Positions 48,482 to 63,428 are shown, numbered from the stretch's first letter. The stretch: 64,000 bases of DNA from Candidatus Binatia bacterium (GCA_038245295.1 JBBRSP010000001.1:320001-384000); one strand, 5' to 3'. Notes: generated by a model from the sequence alone, not told the origin. Numbers and translations are program-made.

Positions 48482-49657
48482 ATGGCGCGCCTCTGGCTTC
48501 TGATCGCTGTTTGCTTCGGTATCACGCTGCCCGCTGTCGTCTTGCGCGTCAGCGGCGCACACGTTGAATCAGAGATTGGCGCCCTGATGTTCGGCGTGGC
48601 GATCCTTGGCGGCGCCTTCCTTCTCACCTGGGCTTCCGAGGTTGCCGAGCTCGACATTCCGCAAGGCGTCGCGCTTGCTTTCCTAGCGCTGGTTGCCGTG
48701 CTTCCCGAATATGCCGTCGACCTTTACTTCGCGTGGAAAGCGGCGACGCATCCGGAGTACACCGCGTTCGCCACGGCCAACATGACCGGGGCCAACCGCT
48801 TGCTGATCGGCGTCGCCTGGCCGGTGATCATCTTTCTGAATTGGTTTCGCACCAAGAGCACCGAACTCGAATTGGAGAAAGATCGCAGCGTCGAGTTGTC
48901 GTTCTTGACGCTCGCAACGATCTACTCCTTCATCATCCCGTTCAAGGGGACCATCTCGGTCCTTGATTCCGTCGTGCTCGTGTCGATCTTCATCGCCTAT
49001 GTCTGGCGCATCATGCAGGCGGAGGCCCGAGAGCCGGATCTCGTCGGTCCGGCGCTGGCCATCGCCGAGCTCCGACCGGCTGTGCGGCGCAGTGTCGTCG
49101 TGTTGTTCTTTCTGTTCTCGGCCGGGGTGATCCTGGCGAGCGCCGAGCCGTTTGCCGAATCCCTGATACACATGGGGCGCAAAAGCGGCATCGACGAGTT
49201 CTTGTTGGTGCAATGGCTGGCGCCGCTCGCTTCCGAGGCACCCGAGCTCATCATCGCCTGCATCCTGACGATGAAGGGTGATGCGCAAGCCGGTATGGGG
49301 GCGATGGTGTCGTCGAAGGTGAATCAGTGGACCCTGCTGGTCGGCACCCTGCCGCTGGCCTACTCGGCGTCGCATGGTCACGTCGAGGCGCTGCACCTCG
49401 ATGCGCGACAAGTTGAGGAGGTGTTGCTCACGGCGGCGCAATCCTTCCTGGCGATCGCCGTACTTTGTGATTTGCGCCTATCGATGACCGAGGCCGTGAT
49501 GCTGTTCCTACTGTTCATTGTGCAGCTGTTCTTCCCCGACACACACGTGCGTTACCTCTTCGCGTTGTCCTATCTGGTGATCGGCGCGGCGCTGATGATG
49601 CGCAAGCGTGTCGCGTTTGGGAACCTCTTCCGCTCTGGTTTGCGCGGCGGGCATTAG
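48482..49657 (+). CDS. Sodium/calcium exchanger (CaCA) family antiporter
   Basis: AVLPEYAVD, ANMTGANR, APLASEAPE, SSKVNQWT alpha-repeats. Confidence 0.88.
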   Translation: MARLWLLIAVCFGITLPAVVLRVSGAHVESEIGALMFGVAILGGAFLLTWASEVAELDIPQGVALAFLALVAVLPEYAVDLYFAWKAATHPEYTAFATANMTGANRLLIGVAWPVIIFLNWFRTKSTELELEKDRSVELSFLTLATIYSFIIPFKGTISVLDSVVLVSIFIAYVWRIMQAEAREPDLVGPALAIAELRPAVRRSVVVLFFLFSAGVILASAEPFAESLIHMGRKSGIDEFLLVQWLAPLASEAPELIIACILTMKGDAQAGMGAMVSSKVNQWTLLVGTLPLAYSASHGHVEALHLDARQVEEVLLTAAQSFLAIAVLCDLRLSMTEAVMLFLLFIVQLFFPDTHVRYLFALSYLVIGAALMMRKRVAFGNLFRSGLRGGH

Positions 49658-49686
49658 CCGCCTCTTCAGCCTGCGCTGGCTGTGAA

Positions 49687-50505
49687 TCACACTGGCGTCA
49701 AACGCGTATGCTGCAGGCAAGGCAACTGCTCGCGCACGCGTCGCTGGTGCTCGCGGTCCACCTCCGCGTAGATGACCATCTCGCGATCGGCGGCGCGTGC
49801 GAGTGTCGTACCCCACGGGTCGACGATGAGCGAATTGCCATAGTCGACGACGCCACCGGCACTTTTGCCGATCTGATCCGGAGCGATCAGGTAGACCTGA
49901 TTCTCGATCGCACGGGCCCGTATCAGGATCTCCCAGTGTGCCGCACCGGTCGGAAAGGTGAACGCCGAGGGCAGGGTGATGATCTCGGCACCGGCCTGGG
50001 TCAGGCGGCGAAACAGCTCGGGGAAACGCAGGTCGTAACAGATGCTGAGACCTATCGTGCCGAGGGGGGTGACGACCGTGACAACCTGATCTCCCGGGCG
50101 GCGTGTGTCCGACTCACGCACGGTAACGTGGCCGGTTATGTCGACGTCGAACAGATGAATCTTGCGATACGTAGCGATGATATCGCCGTTAGGATCGAAC
50201 ACCAGGCTGGTGTTGTAGGCGCGCTCGTCGTCGCTGTGCTCTAGGATCGAGCCGGCGACCAGGTAGAGGCCGAGCGAGTGGGCCAGGGCGGCGAGCCGGC
50301 GCGTCGTCGGTCCGGGGATCGGTTCGCGCTGGGCGCTCTCGTCGCGGCGCTCGCCACGCCAGACGAAGACCTCGGGCAGGACCACCAGTCGTGCCCCGCG
50401 CTGCGCCGCTTCGGCGATGAACGCCTCGGCCTTGTCGACGTTGGCTTGCTTATCGACACCGGCGTGCACCTGGATGGCGGCGGCGAGGTACTTTTGGAAT
50501 GCCAT
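49687..50505 (-). CDS. Carbon-nitrogen hydrolase (Nit1/deaminated glutathione amidase-like)
   Basis: LPE, YRKIHLFD, ICYDLRFPE, RARAIENQ. Confidence 0.92.
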   Translation of the reverse strand: MAFQKYLAAAIQVHAGVDKQANVDKAEAFIAEAAQRGARLVVLPEVFVWRGERRDESAQREPIPGPTTRRLAALAHSLGLYLVAGSILEHSDDERAYNTSLVFDPNGDIIATYRKIHLFDVDITGHVTVRESDTRRPGDQVVTVVTPLGTIGLSICYDLRFPELFRRLTQAGAEIITLPSAFTFPTGAAHWEILIRARAIENQVYLIAPDQIGKSAGGVVDYGNSLIVDPWGTTLARAADREMVIYAEVDREHQRRVREQLPCLQHTRLTPV

Positions 50506-50590
50506 GACGACGCGAGGCTATCTGCCTCTGGTCGGCAACTCAAGGTGCTTGCCGCACAGCAGCACTAATGTTACCCCTGCCGGCCATTCC

Positions 50591-51241
50591 ATGACTCGCC
50601 TGATCAAGCGCTACGCCAATCGCAAGCTCTACGACACGCAGTCGAGCCGTTACGTGACCCTCGAAGGTATCGCCGATCTGGTGCGCTCGGGCGATGACGT
50701 CCGTATCATCGACATCGACAGCGGTGAGGACCTCACTGCCGTCACCTTTGCGCAGATCCTGTTCGAAGAGCAGAAGCGTGAAAACCCGCTGCTTGGGTTG
50801 CCAGTCCTGCGTTGGATTATCCAGCAGGGCGGAGCGGCCATTCAGGAGATCGCCAGCAGCGTCGACCGCGGCCGCGAAGCCCTTGAAAACGTTCGTGAGC
50901 TCGCCGAGCGCGGCGTCAAGCAATTTGCCCAGGGCGGCGAGACGCGGCACCCGGAGAAGACTGCCCACGACGCCAAGAAGCGCGGCATCTTTGAAGAGAT
51001 CCTCGAGCTGCCACAGCGTCAGATCGAACAATTGCAGCATCGCATCGACACGCAGGTGCGCGGGTCGATCGAGCGGGTCGCTTCGCACCCGGCCGTCAAA
51101 CATGAGCTGCAGCGTATCGAGAAGAACCTCCGCCAACTCGAGCAGCAGATCTCGTCGCTGGGACGTGGCAAGCCACCACCGCCCAAGAAACGGGCGGCGA
51201 AAACGCGCAAGGTGAAATCGAACGGGAGGTCGTCGCCGTGA
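50591..51241 (+). CDS. PHA synthesis regulator (PhaR-like) DNA-binding domain protein
   Basis: IKRYANRKLYDTQSSRYVTL...GEDLT. Confidence 0.85.
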   Translation: MTRLIKRYANRKLYDTQSSRYVTLEGIADLVRSGDDVRIIDIDSGEDLTAVTFAQILFEEQKRENPLLGLPVLRWIIQQGGAAIQEIASSVDRGREALENVRELAERGVKQFAQGGETRHPEKTAHDAKKRGIFEEILELPQRQIEQLQHRIDTQVRGSIERVASHPAVKHELQRIEKNLRQLEQQISSLGRGKPPPPKKRAAKTRKVKSNGRSSP

Positions 51242-51516
51242 ACCGTATCCGCCCAGCCGAGTTACACGCCATCTCCCACGGCCTCGTCGCCGGGTTGCTG
51301 AAATCGGGATTCGTCAAGGCAAAGGCCGAACAGGCTTTGTTGGAGCGACGCGTCTCGGAGCTCATCAACGACACCTTCGAGAAGGCGCAAGCCCTCGAAG
51401 CCGAAGCGGAAAAGCTGGCGGCGGCGCATTCGCGCGAGATGTTCGGCATGGACCAGCGCCGGGTGATCCAGGGCATCCTGGAACGTCTGGCGCGCGAGCG
51501 CGACTTCCCCTTGTGA
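51238..51516 (+). CDS. DUF507-like protein
   Basis: Short helical protein ending ...LARERDFPL; GTGA overlap with upstream gene. Confidence 0.65.
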   Translation: MNRIRPAELHAISHGLVAGLLKSGFVKAKAEQALLERRVSELINDTFEKAQALEAEAEKLAAAHSREMFGMDQRRVIQGILERLARERDFPL

Positions 51517-51523
51517 GCCAGCC

Positions 51524-51802
51524 ATGAAGTTCAGCGAAGCCCGTAAATCGCATCTGGCGCATGCCATCATTGCCGCTTTCCGTGCCGACGGCCTGGCTGA
51601 GGTCGAGAACGAGATCCTGGCGATGCGCGAGATCAAGCGATTGTTGGACCTCGAGCACACCGTTGATGAACGTCTCGATGCGGCGGCTCGGCGCAAGATC
51701 GCGTCGTTATCGCGTAATGTTCCGCCGGGAAGTCGCGAGTGGGACATCCTCTACCGCCAATACTACGAAGAGGAAGCGCGAAAAGTCCGACCGCGGGGTT
51801 GA
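51524..51802 (+). CDS. DUF507 family protein
   Basis: ARRKIASLSRNVPPGSREWDILYRQYYEEE. Confidence 0.8.
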   Translation: MKFSEARKSHLAHAIIAAFRADGLAEVENEILAMREIKRLLDLEHTVDERLDAAARRKIASLSRNVPPGSREWDILYRQYYEEEARKVRPRG

Positions 51803-51826
51803 CACTCGTCTTTGGCTCCTTAGGTT
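51799..51826 (+). promoter_or_regulatory. Candidate sigma70-type promoter for groESL
   Basis: TTGACA-N16-TAGGTT about 100 nt upstream of groES. Confidence 0.4.
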
Positions 51827-51925
51827 GCAGCGGGTCTTGCTCAGTCCAACCGCTGTTTGCGACCGCGGCCAAGGCGCCCATTCAGAAATCGAGTACGAAG
51901 AAAGTTGTTACGAAGGAGAAGGTTT

Positions 51926-52213
51926 ATGAAGATCCGTCCGCTGCATGATCGCGTTCTCATCAAGCGCATCGCCGAAGAATCGAAGACCAAGGGGGGCATC
52001 ATCATCCCCGATACCGCGAAGGAAAAGCCTCAAGAGGGCAAGGTCGTGGCGGTTGGTGCCGGCAAAGTCGATGACTCGGGCAAGCTCATTCCGCTCGGCG
52101 TCAAAGTCGGCGACAAGATCCTCTTCGGCAAGTATTCCGGCAGCGAGGTGAAGCTCGACGGCGAGGAACACCTGATCATGCGCGAAGAAGATATCATGGG
52201 CGTGCTCGAGTAG
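51926..52213 (+). CDS. groES: Co-chaperonin GroES
   Basis: [10 protein letters not shown]...[19 protein letters not shown] aaggag. Confidence 0.98.
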   Translation: MKIRPLHDRVLIKRIAEESKTKGGIIIPDTAKEKPQEGKVVAVGAGKVDDSGKLIPLGVKVGDKILFGKYSGSEVKLDGEEHLIMREEDIMGVLE

Positions 52214-53872
<1,659 letters not shown>

Positions 53873-53924
53873 GAACCTCTACTCCCCCGTCAGACGTTTT
53901 ATGTCTGGGGGTAGGGTGTGAATC

Positions 53925-53968
53925 AAAAAAGCGGCGCTCCTGGTTTTCCCGGGGGCGCCGTTTGTTTT
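53925..53968 (+). terminator. Intrinsic terminator after groEL (probably bidirectional)
   Basis: A6-gcggcgctcctgg...ccgggggcgccgt-ttgtttt hairpin flanked by A and T runs. Confidence 0.75.
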
Positions 53969-53995
53969 GAAGAGTGAAGAGTGAAGGGTGAAAAC

Positions 53996-54814
53996 CTAGT
54001 CGACGGTGCCGAAGCCTCGTAGCTCTCCTTCGCGCGTTTGGCCGCCGGCACTCATGAATGCTTGCATGCGTTCCTGGGCGGCGGGCGTCGCTACCGACAG
54101 GTTGAAGAGGTGTGCCTCTTCGAGAAGGCCCCGCTCGGTCGGCAGCTCGGCCGCGGCGACGGCTTGTTTGGCGAGGGCGATCGCCGATGCGGGAAACGAT
54201 GCGATGCGGAATGCCAGGTCTTCGACGAAGGGCGTAATCTGGTTGGCTGGCAGGGCGCGGTTGATGTAGCCGTAGCGCTCGGCTAACTCAGCATCGAAGT
54301 CGGCGCAACCCAGGATCACCTCGAGAGCCCGCCCCCGACCCATCAAGCGCGGCAGACGCTGCGTGCCGCTGCCCCCGGGGATAATTCCTACGGTGACCTC
54401 CGGCTGCGCCAGCCTGGCCTTGCCCAGGGCGCCGAAGCGCATGTCGAGCGACAGCAACAACTCACTACCACCGCCACGGGCGATGCCTTCGATCTTGCCG
54501 ATGGTTGCTTTGGGCATGGTGCGGAAGCGCTCCACCATGACGTGGAAGAACCCCAGGCGCGTCGCCTTCGGTGGAGCTTCCTTGGGCATCAGTTGGATCA
54601 GCTCGACATCGGCGTGGGCGATGAAGAACTCGGGATCGGCACTCTGCAGAACCAGCACGCGCACCGCGTCATCGGCGGCCACCTCCTGCGCCACACGATC
54701 GAGATCCTGGATCAATGTGATGTCGAGAAGATTGATCGGCGGGTGGTTGATGCTGACGAACGCGACGCCGCGGTCGCTGCGGACACTCAAAGTCGTGTAG
54801 TTGTCGTAGGCCAT
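53996..54814 (-). CDS. Enoyl-CoA hydratase/isomerase family protein
   Basis: HPPINLL, FFIAHAD, ARGGGSE, QPEVTVGIIPGGSGTQRL. Confidence 0.92.
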   Translation of the reverse strand: MAYDNYTTLSVRSDRGVAFVSINHPPINLLDITLIQDLDRVAQEVAADDAVRVLVLQSADPEFFIAHADVELIQLMPKEAPPKATRLGFFHVMVERFRTMPKATIGKIEGIARGGGSELLLSLDMRFGALGKARLAQPEVTVGIIPGGSGTQRLPRLMGRGRALEVILGCADFDAELAERYGYINRALPANQITPFVEDLAFRIASFPASAIALAKQAVAAAELPTERGLLEEAHLFNLSVATPAAQERMQAFMSAGGQTREGELRGFGTVD

Positions 54815-54887
54815 GCCAAGCTCCTCTCCTTGCGTCGGTGACTTCACACCTCTCAGCTGGAGGAACAAGTACCCCCGCCTGTGAAGG

Positions 54888-54948
54888 GTAGGGGCGGTTC
54901 GGCTTGTCAGCCGCAGCGCCCTGCGCGGAGGGTGAGAACCGCCCCTAC
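54888..54948. repeat. GTAG-type REP inverted pair
   Basis: Perfect 13-bp arms gtaggggcggttc / gaaccgcccctac; same motif at 25120. Confidence 0.7.
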
Positions 54949-57688
54949 TGCGCTGGGCGCAGTTGCAACCCGATCGGCAGAGACTCGTCGAGGATCTTGG
55001 CGCGTTCCTGGCCTTCGAGGGCGATGACCTCGAGCACCAGACGTGCCGCACGCTCGCCACGCGGCAGCGGTCGCAAACGCTCGGCGACACGTTTGCGCAA
55101 CTCGAGATCGAGATCGCTCTCGCGGTCGCCGGTACAACGCGCCATCTGCATGACGGCGAAGGCGGTCGTTTCAGGTCGCTTCCATTCGAGTGGCAGTAGT
55201 TTCTCGACCCACTGACTCGCCACCTCCCGCGTGACCACGCAGTTCAACGGCCCGTGGAACGGCGCGCGCTCTCCCAGTCGGCCGAGCGACCAGATCTCGG
55301 CGTCGGTGGCATCACCCTTGACGATCATCGGCACGAGCACATTCCCGAGCTCGGCCTTGAGCTCCGGTGAGATGCGTTCGCAACTGGCGATGAGCTGCCA
55401 GTATTCGCGAATCTCCTGCGGGCCGACCTTGGGCAAGCCCTTCGCCTTGGCTTTGAATCGCGGCAACAGCCAGGGCGCCACCTCGGCGTGGAGTTGCATC
55501 TGTTGCTGGCGATTCAGTCCGCCGGCGATGCGCTTCCACAGGTTCCACCACTCGGCGCGGCCCTGAGTGGCGCGGGCGAACTTGAGCCCTTCGCTGCGCA
55601 GGCGCCACAACTGCTGCACGCGCACCTCGTCGGTGTCGGTGCCGAAACCCGGACGCAATAGGAACCCTGCCAGGTTGAACCAACGTGCTTCGTGGCCCTG
55701 GGTGAGAGCGCGCTGCGCTCGGCCTTCCCACAAGGCATCCCACAAGCGCCGCAATGCCAGGAGCGGCCAGGCGTCTTTGCCGGTGCCTAGGAACTCCTCG
55801 AGAACACGCATCACGCCGATCGGATCGCCAACGGCCGCGGTTTTGTCCGCCGGGAATACGGCGCGTAGCGCTGCCAACGCCGCTTCGAGTCGTTCTTCCG
55901 GAATCGCCGTCTCGGCCTGCTGCTCGGCGGTGTCCTCGCCGGCCGCGGTTGCACCCGGGTCGCGCAGCTGAAACTGCAAGCGCCAACGATGCTCGGTCTG
56001 CACGGAGTCGCACCACAATTCCAGCGTACCGATCTCCGTAAGGTGAGCGCTCAGACGTACTGGGAGAGCCCTTTGCGTGAGCTTCTTGCCGAAGCGCAGG
56101 ATGGTGCGGATCGGCGGCAGTTCGGTCAATTCGTCACGAGCCGCGGTGATGAGCGCGCCCGGTTGATCGTTGGTGCGTACCGTCGACGCGAACAGGGGGA
56201 ACTGCACGGCGCGATTCGCTACCACTTCGAGAGGATGATCTCCGAGTTCGATCGTCTGGCCGCTTTCCATGCCGCGCGGTACCAGACATAGCGCCGACAC
56301 CGTCGGCTCGTCCGTCGCACCCAGGCCGATGAAGTACGCGCGTGCCGCTCCGCCGCGAATGCGTACGCCGCGTCCGCGTCGCACCAGGCCGAAGTACGCG
56401 GCACCGCGGGCCACCGCCAGATCGAGATCGACACTGGCGAGAATATGCGGCGTGTTGCCGCTCCACGATTGAATCAGGTCGCGAATGCGATTTCGCACCG
56501 CTGCCGGCTTGAGAGCGCCGCCATTGAACAGCAACGCGTCCGGCCACGGAGCTGCATCCTCGGCGCGGTGCTGCCGCAGGAACTGGGCGAGGTGTCGCGA
56601 GATCTCCGGCTCCTGCGCGAAAGGTAATCCGAACTCTTGCAGCGCCGCGCGCACATTGCGCCGCGGTGTCGCTTCGGCGGCGGTGAGCGGGAAGAAGCCG
56701 TCGAGAACGAGCGACTCCACTTCCTGACGCTTCAGTGTCGCCGATAAAGTTCCGCCGATGACCGAACTGCCTCGCCCCACGAGGCGGATCGGCCACTCCT
56801 CCGGCGCGTTCTCGGCGAGCAACGCTTCCTTGGCGTTGCGGCACAGGTTGGTCAGGGCCTGCCAGCGCTGGCCGTCGAGCTTGCCTCCGAGGCGCGGCTC
56901 AAGCTGTCGGGCGAGGGCGACATCGATGTTATCGCCGCCGAGCAATAAGTGATCGCCCACGGCGGTGCGCTCGAGTGCCAGACGACCGTCGACGGTGCGC
57001 GCTTGGATCAAGCTGAAATCGGTGGTGCCGCCGCCCACGTCGACCACGGCGATGAGTCGTGACTCACCGAGGCTGCCTTCCCACGTGGCCTCGTTCTGCT
57101 GCAGCCAGGCGTAGAAGGCGGCCTGCGGCTCCTCGAGCAGGACCGCCTTCGCAAGGCCGGCGCGTTGCGCGGCTTCCACCGTCAACTCACGCGCCACTTC
57201 GTCGAACGACGCGGGCACGGTGAGGATGATCTCTTGCTCTTCGAGCGGGTGTTTTGGAAAGCGCTGCCGCCAGGCCTCGCGCAGATGCTGCAGGTAGCGC
57301 GACGAAGCCTCGACGGGCGAGATCTTCTGCACTTCGTCGGCCGCGGCCCACGGCAGGATGTTGGCGTTGCGGTCGACGCCACCGTGGCAGAGCCAAGACT
57401 TTGCCGAGGATACGAGCCGCCCGGGGACACGTGCTCCCTGGGCGCGCGCGAACTCGCCGACGGCGTAGTCGCGATCCTCGGCCCACGGCAGCTTTAGCGC
57501 GCCGGGGCGCAGGTCATGCTCGCCGCCGAGATAAAGAAACGAGGGCAGGGTGGGGCGCGCTTCGGTGGTTCCCTCGGAGACCAGCTGCACGATGGGAAAA
57601 CTGACGACGCGACGCTGCTCGTCTTGCAGGTCTGCGTAGGCAACGGCCGAATTGGTCGTTCCCAGATCAATGCCGACGACGAAGCGCT

Positions 57689-57692
<4 letters not shown>
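54945..57692 (-). CDS. Atypical Hsp70/DnaK-related protein with long C-terminal (DUF3731-like) extension
   Basis: GIDLGTTNS, LTVPASF, EEPQAAFY, DVGGGTTD, LLGGDN; extension WFNLAGFLLRPGFG, WSLGRLGER. Confidence 0.9.
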
Positions 57693-59466
<1,774 letters not shown>

Positions 59467-59470
<4 letters not shown>

Positions 59471-60126
59471 GGCAGCTCTACCTCGGCCGGGGCGATGATC
59501 GTCGCATCGCCGCTGCTTTGCGGCAGATTCACCTTGGTGGCCTTCCAGCCGCCGTGCTGCAGTGTGCCGCGGAAGGGTGGCTCACCGGTGACGTTGCCGG
59601 TGAGGCGAACGGCATGACGGTCGAAGTCGGCATTGATCGAGACAGGGCTGCCGTCCTCGTCGGCGAGGATGCGGCTGAATTCGATGCGGCCGTCGAGAGC
59701 CTTGCGACAGCCGGCGTGGATCGAACGCACAGCGGCACCGACCTGTTCATCGCTGTACCCATCGATCGGCTCTTGCAGGAAATCGACGAAGCGGCCTTCC
59801 TGCTGCAGCAGCGTCAGGAGCTGCAGCGCGAAAGCCGGAGATGGTGGCGGTGGTGCCGGCCCGGCGGCGGGTTTGGTCGCCGCCGGCTCTGACACCGTGG
59901 CGGCCTCCCTCGACCCCCCGCCAAGGGCGGCACTGAGGGCGGCGAGCAGGACCGGTGAGATTACGAAGAACAGCAGAGCGACGGAGGCGCGATCGTACAG
60001 CGCCTTCAAATCGAACTCGCCGCCGGCATCGGTCACGATATGCAAGAGGAAGACGTTGGCGACGGCGACCAGAGTGCCACCGATCAACGCGATGGCCAGA
60101 GGCCGAGCGGAACCGCGATCGTTCAT
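59467..60126 (-). CDS. DUF2760 family membrane-anchored protein
   Basis: Two N-terminal TM helices; ALQLLTLLQQEGRFVDFLQE, VRLTGNVTGEPPFRGTLQHGGW, APAEVEL. Confidence 0.85.
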
Positions 60127-60269
60127 GGAAAGTCCTTTAGGTTGTCTCTTCGGCGGACGGGCGTATAGCCGAGGCGATCCCAGGTGACCAGTCAGTCGCC
60201 GCGAACCGGGCCCGCCCCGGGTGAGGGGGACGTACGCCCCGCATCAGACTCGAAACAGCTGAATTCGCC

Positions 60270-60858
60270 TTAGCGACTCTCGCGGTCGAGCGTGTCGCGC
60301 CCAACGCGCAGGTCGAGGCGACTGAGCACGTCCATCCCGAGCAGGCTCAGGCCCGGCATGGAGCCGACGACCACCTCGACGTTGTGCAGCTCTTCCGTGC
60401 CGATGCGAACCAGCTCGAGCTCGACGATCGACATGGCGGCGACGCCGGTGGCCCCGGCCATCATTTCGTCGCGTCGGGTTCTGACCCCGAGCTCATCGGC
60501 GAGCTCCGGGGCGATCATGGTTTTCTGCGCGCCGGTGTCGACGATCATGCGCAGGTCGACCGATCCTTGGCTGCCCTCCATTTGGGCGCGCACGATCTTC
60601 TGACCGTTGGATGCCTCCAACGGCACTGGCTGGAAGGTGGTGGCGTTGGCCTCGGTGCTGCCGCGCCGCACCGGCTGTGTCGCGAGGGTCGTGCACTGGC
60701 TTTTGCCCCAACGCCGGTGCGGAGTTGGGGAAATGCACCAGACCCTGCTCATCCGTCCACGTGAAGATCTCATCGGCCGCCAGCCGAGCAGCACCAACCA
60801 CGAGGTAGATCCCGAGAACGGGAATCGTCGACAAGGTTTGTGCGCCGCGTCGAGCCAT
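60270..60858 (-). pseudogene. DUF4124 + retropepsin-like aspartyl protease, split by a frameshift
   Basis: One frame: signal + EIFTWTDEQGLVHF; other frame: MIVDTGAQKT...LLGMDVL; switch near 60690-60735. Confidence 0.7.
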
Positions 60859-61061
60859 GGAGCGATCGGGTATAGGTGGTATCCGCCGTCCCTCCAACCG
60901 AAAGCTGTGTGCGCTTGCCCCGGGCGCGGAACCAGGATCGTCTGACAAGGTGTCACGGACCGTCACTACTCTCGAGGCCCGAATATTGCGGGATTCGCCA
61001 CATTCACTGCAAACGAGAGGCTTCGATGATGGGTGACAAAGGGTGAAACATCGTCCGACAC

Positions 61062-63311
61062 TCACCCTTTATGTGGCTCACCGTCAGGCTGGTCGTTTAT
61101 GCGGGCCATCCGCACCGCACCTGCCGGGCCGTGCTCGGCGAACCACTCCAGCAACGATTCGCCCAGAGTCGGGCGCATCACGACGCCCAGCGGGGTACCG
61201 TGATCAGAGTCGACGACGATCACCGCGTTGGCGTTCCCGGCAGTCATCGCTCGAGCCAGGCCCCGGAGGTCAGCACCGGCGTCGACGCAGGGTGCTGGGC
61301 GTGCCAGGTCGGCGGCGATCAGCATCTTCGCGAGATCCTCGTCGTGGGCAAACTCATCGATATGCTCACGGAGAAGGACCCCGTACCGGTCCGCCATGCG
61401 TACAATCAAGCACTCGGCGCCGGACCTTTGGATTTGCGCCATCAGCTCGGGCAGCTTCGTCGGGCCGGGCACCTCGACGGCTTTCGCCATGAGGTGCTCA
61501 ATGAACGAAGCTGGGCTTGATTGCCTCATCTTGGGCGCCGCCGCTTTCGCCGGTGGCGCGGCGCGCGCGTACGCCCGTGCGACGTCGCTCATCGCCAGGA
61601 TGCCGATGAGTCTTGTCTCGGATCGTTCGCCAACCACCAACAACTGTCGCACGCCTAGGTCGTCCATACGAACGACGGCTCGCAGGAGCGGCTCGTCGGC
61701 ACCAATCGTGTGTGCCGTTTTCATCAGGGTCGTGACCGCCGCCCGCGATGGTGCGGCGACATCGCGCAGCTCGGCGAGCGACACAACACCCAAGACAGCG
61801 CCGTTCGCGTCGCGAACCGGCGCGACGGCAAAGCTCCGTGAACCAAGCTCCGCAATCGCTTCCGCTACCGTCCGCCGCGACGAAAGACATACGACGTCGG
61901 CGGTCATCGCGTCGCCTGCCGTCAGGTGGTCGAGCGGATGCGCCCGCACGACCGTGTGCGGCAGGAAGATGTCATCTTGCTCCAGTAGAGCCTCATAGAT
62001 GGGTGTTGGTCGCCACTTCCGAGCGATTGCGTACGACGTCATGTTCGCCAGCATCAACGGCAGAACGAGACCGTAGCCGCCGGTCATTTCGAAAATGATC
62101 AGCACGGATGTAATTGGCGCGCGGATGACCCCGGCAAACACCGCTCCCATTCCTACCAGGGCGAACGCACCGTGCTGCTGAACCTCGTGGTCCAGCAGCG
62201 CCACATCGAGATAGCCGAACGCCCCGCCGAGCATGGCGCCCATGAACAGTGCCGGGGCGAAAATGCCGCCGGCGCCGCCGCTCGAATAAGAGAAGACCGT
62301 GGCGATGAGTTTCACGACGCAGAGCACGACAAGGGTGCGAACGCCGAGTTCTCCGGCCAAGGCTTGCCCCAGCGTCTCGTAACCGCCGCCGGTTACGCCT
62401 GTGTTTCCGAGACCACGAAGTACGAGCACCGCCAGGAGACCTGTTACGAGTCCGCCCAGCGCCGGCTGCGCCCACTGCGGCACCACTCGTAGGCTGCGAA
62501 ACCACAAACGCAGCTTGAGCAGGCCATCGGTAAATGCCACGGAAACAACCGCTGCGGCGATGCCAAGCAGCGCATAAACAATGAGAGACGAGGCGTGGTC
62601 GAGACCGTAGGGTTGATCGACCTCGATGACGGGGTGAACTCCGAGGACACCGCGTTCGATGACGGCGGCGAGCGCCGCAGCAACAACGACGCCCGAGAGC
62701 ACGGTGTTGTCGAGAGTGCCGACAATTTCCTCGATCGTAAACGTCACCGCGGCGATCGGTGCATTGAACGCTGCGGCGATGCCGGCCGCCACGCCTACCG
62801 GTGTGAGCCGCCGCATGCTGCGCGGCGGCAGCGCCGTGGCGCGGGCCAGGGAGCTGGCAACGCCGGCACAGATATGGACCGTTGGCCCCTCACGGCCGAG
62901 CGAAGCGCCGGAACCGATCTGCAACGCCGCGACCACAAATTTCCCCACCGCATCGCGGAAGCGAACCCTGCCGCCCTCGGTCGCGAAAGCCTGTTTAACC
63001 TGGGGGATTCCGGAACCGCGCGCATCAGGAACAACCCACGTTAGGATGGCTCCGCCGAGCAAACCACCCACCGTCGGCGACAGCACCGTCCAGATCACGC
63101 CGCTCGTTCCCGGGGTGCGCAGCGCGCGGTCGATGAACAGCGCCTCCAGGGCGCGTATACTGAGATGGAAGGCGACCGCCGCCAGGCCGCAAACGACACC
63201 AACCACCAGCGTCAGCCCGAAAAGATGTTGCGACTCGTTCGGTTGGTACCGCTTCAGCCAACGGCGACCACCGATGCGTATCGCCGCAGCCCGATCCATC
63301 AGGATGGACAT
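61062..63311 (-). CDS. ClC-family chloride/proton antiporter with tandem CBS domains
   Basis: GSGIP, GREGP, FTIEEI, GIFAP, PIY; C-terminal CBS pairs; start uncertain. Confidence 0.92.
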   Translation of the reverse strand: MSILMDRAAAIRIGGRRWLKRYQPNESQHLFGLTLVVGVVCGLAAVAFHLSIRALEALFIDRALRTPGTSGVIWTVLSPTVGGLLGGAILTWVVPDARGSGIPQVKQAFATEGGRVRFRDAVGKFVVAALQIGSGASLGREGPTVHICAGVASSLARATALPPRSMRRLTPVGVAAGIAAAFNAPIAAVTFTIEEIVGTLDNTVLSGVVVAAALAAVIERGVLGVHPVIEVDQPYGLDHASSLIVYALLGIAAAVVSVAFTDGLLKLRLWFRSLRVVPQWAQPALGGLVTGLLAVLVLRGLGNTGVTGGGYETLGQALAGELGVRTLVVLCVVKLIATVFSYSSGGAGGIFAPALFMGAMLGGAFGYLDVALLDHEVQQHGAFALVGMGAVFAGVIRAPITSVLIIFEMTGGYGLVLPLMLANMTSYAIARKWRPTPIYEALLEQDDIFLPHTVVRAHPLDHLTAGDAMTADVVCLSSRRTVAEAIAELGSRSFAVAPVRDANGAVLGVVSLAELRDVAAPSRAAVTTLMKTAHTIGADEPLLRAVVRMDDLGVRQLLVVGERSETRLIGILAMSDVARAYARAAPPAKAAAPKMRQSSPASFIEHLMAKAVEVPGPTKLPELMAQIQRSGAECLIVRMADRYGVLLREHIDEFAHDEDLAKMLIAADLARPAPCVDAGADLRGLARAMTAGNANAVIVVDSDHGTPLGVVMRPTLGESLLEWFAEHGPAGAVRMARINDQPDGEPHKG

Positions 63312-63373
63312 CGGCCAGCGTCGGACGACACCGAGGTTTGCACGCGACACCCGGGGCCCATAGCAGCAACAGC

Positions 63374-63385
63374 TTGGATATCCAA
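63374..63385. promoter_or_regulatory. Candidate MarR operator
   Basis: Perfect palindrome TTGGATATCCAA in the AT-rich gap between divergent clc and marR. Confidence 0.55.
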
Positions 63386-63428
63386 CTATCTTGTGTTAGG
63401 TCGCACACATGGAGAAGCGAGCGCCATC

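Noticed and set aside
51790..51925. CIRCE element upstream of groES
   Set aside because: TTGACACTC resembles the left arm, but there is no GAGTGCTAA-like right arm 9 nt later
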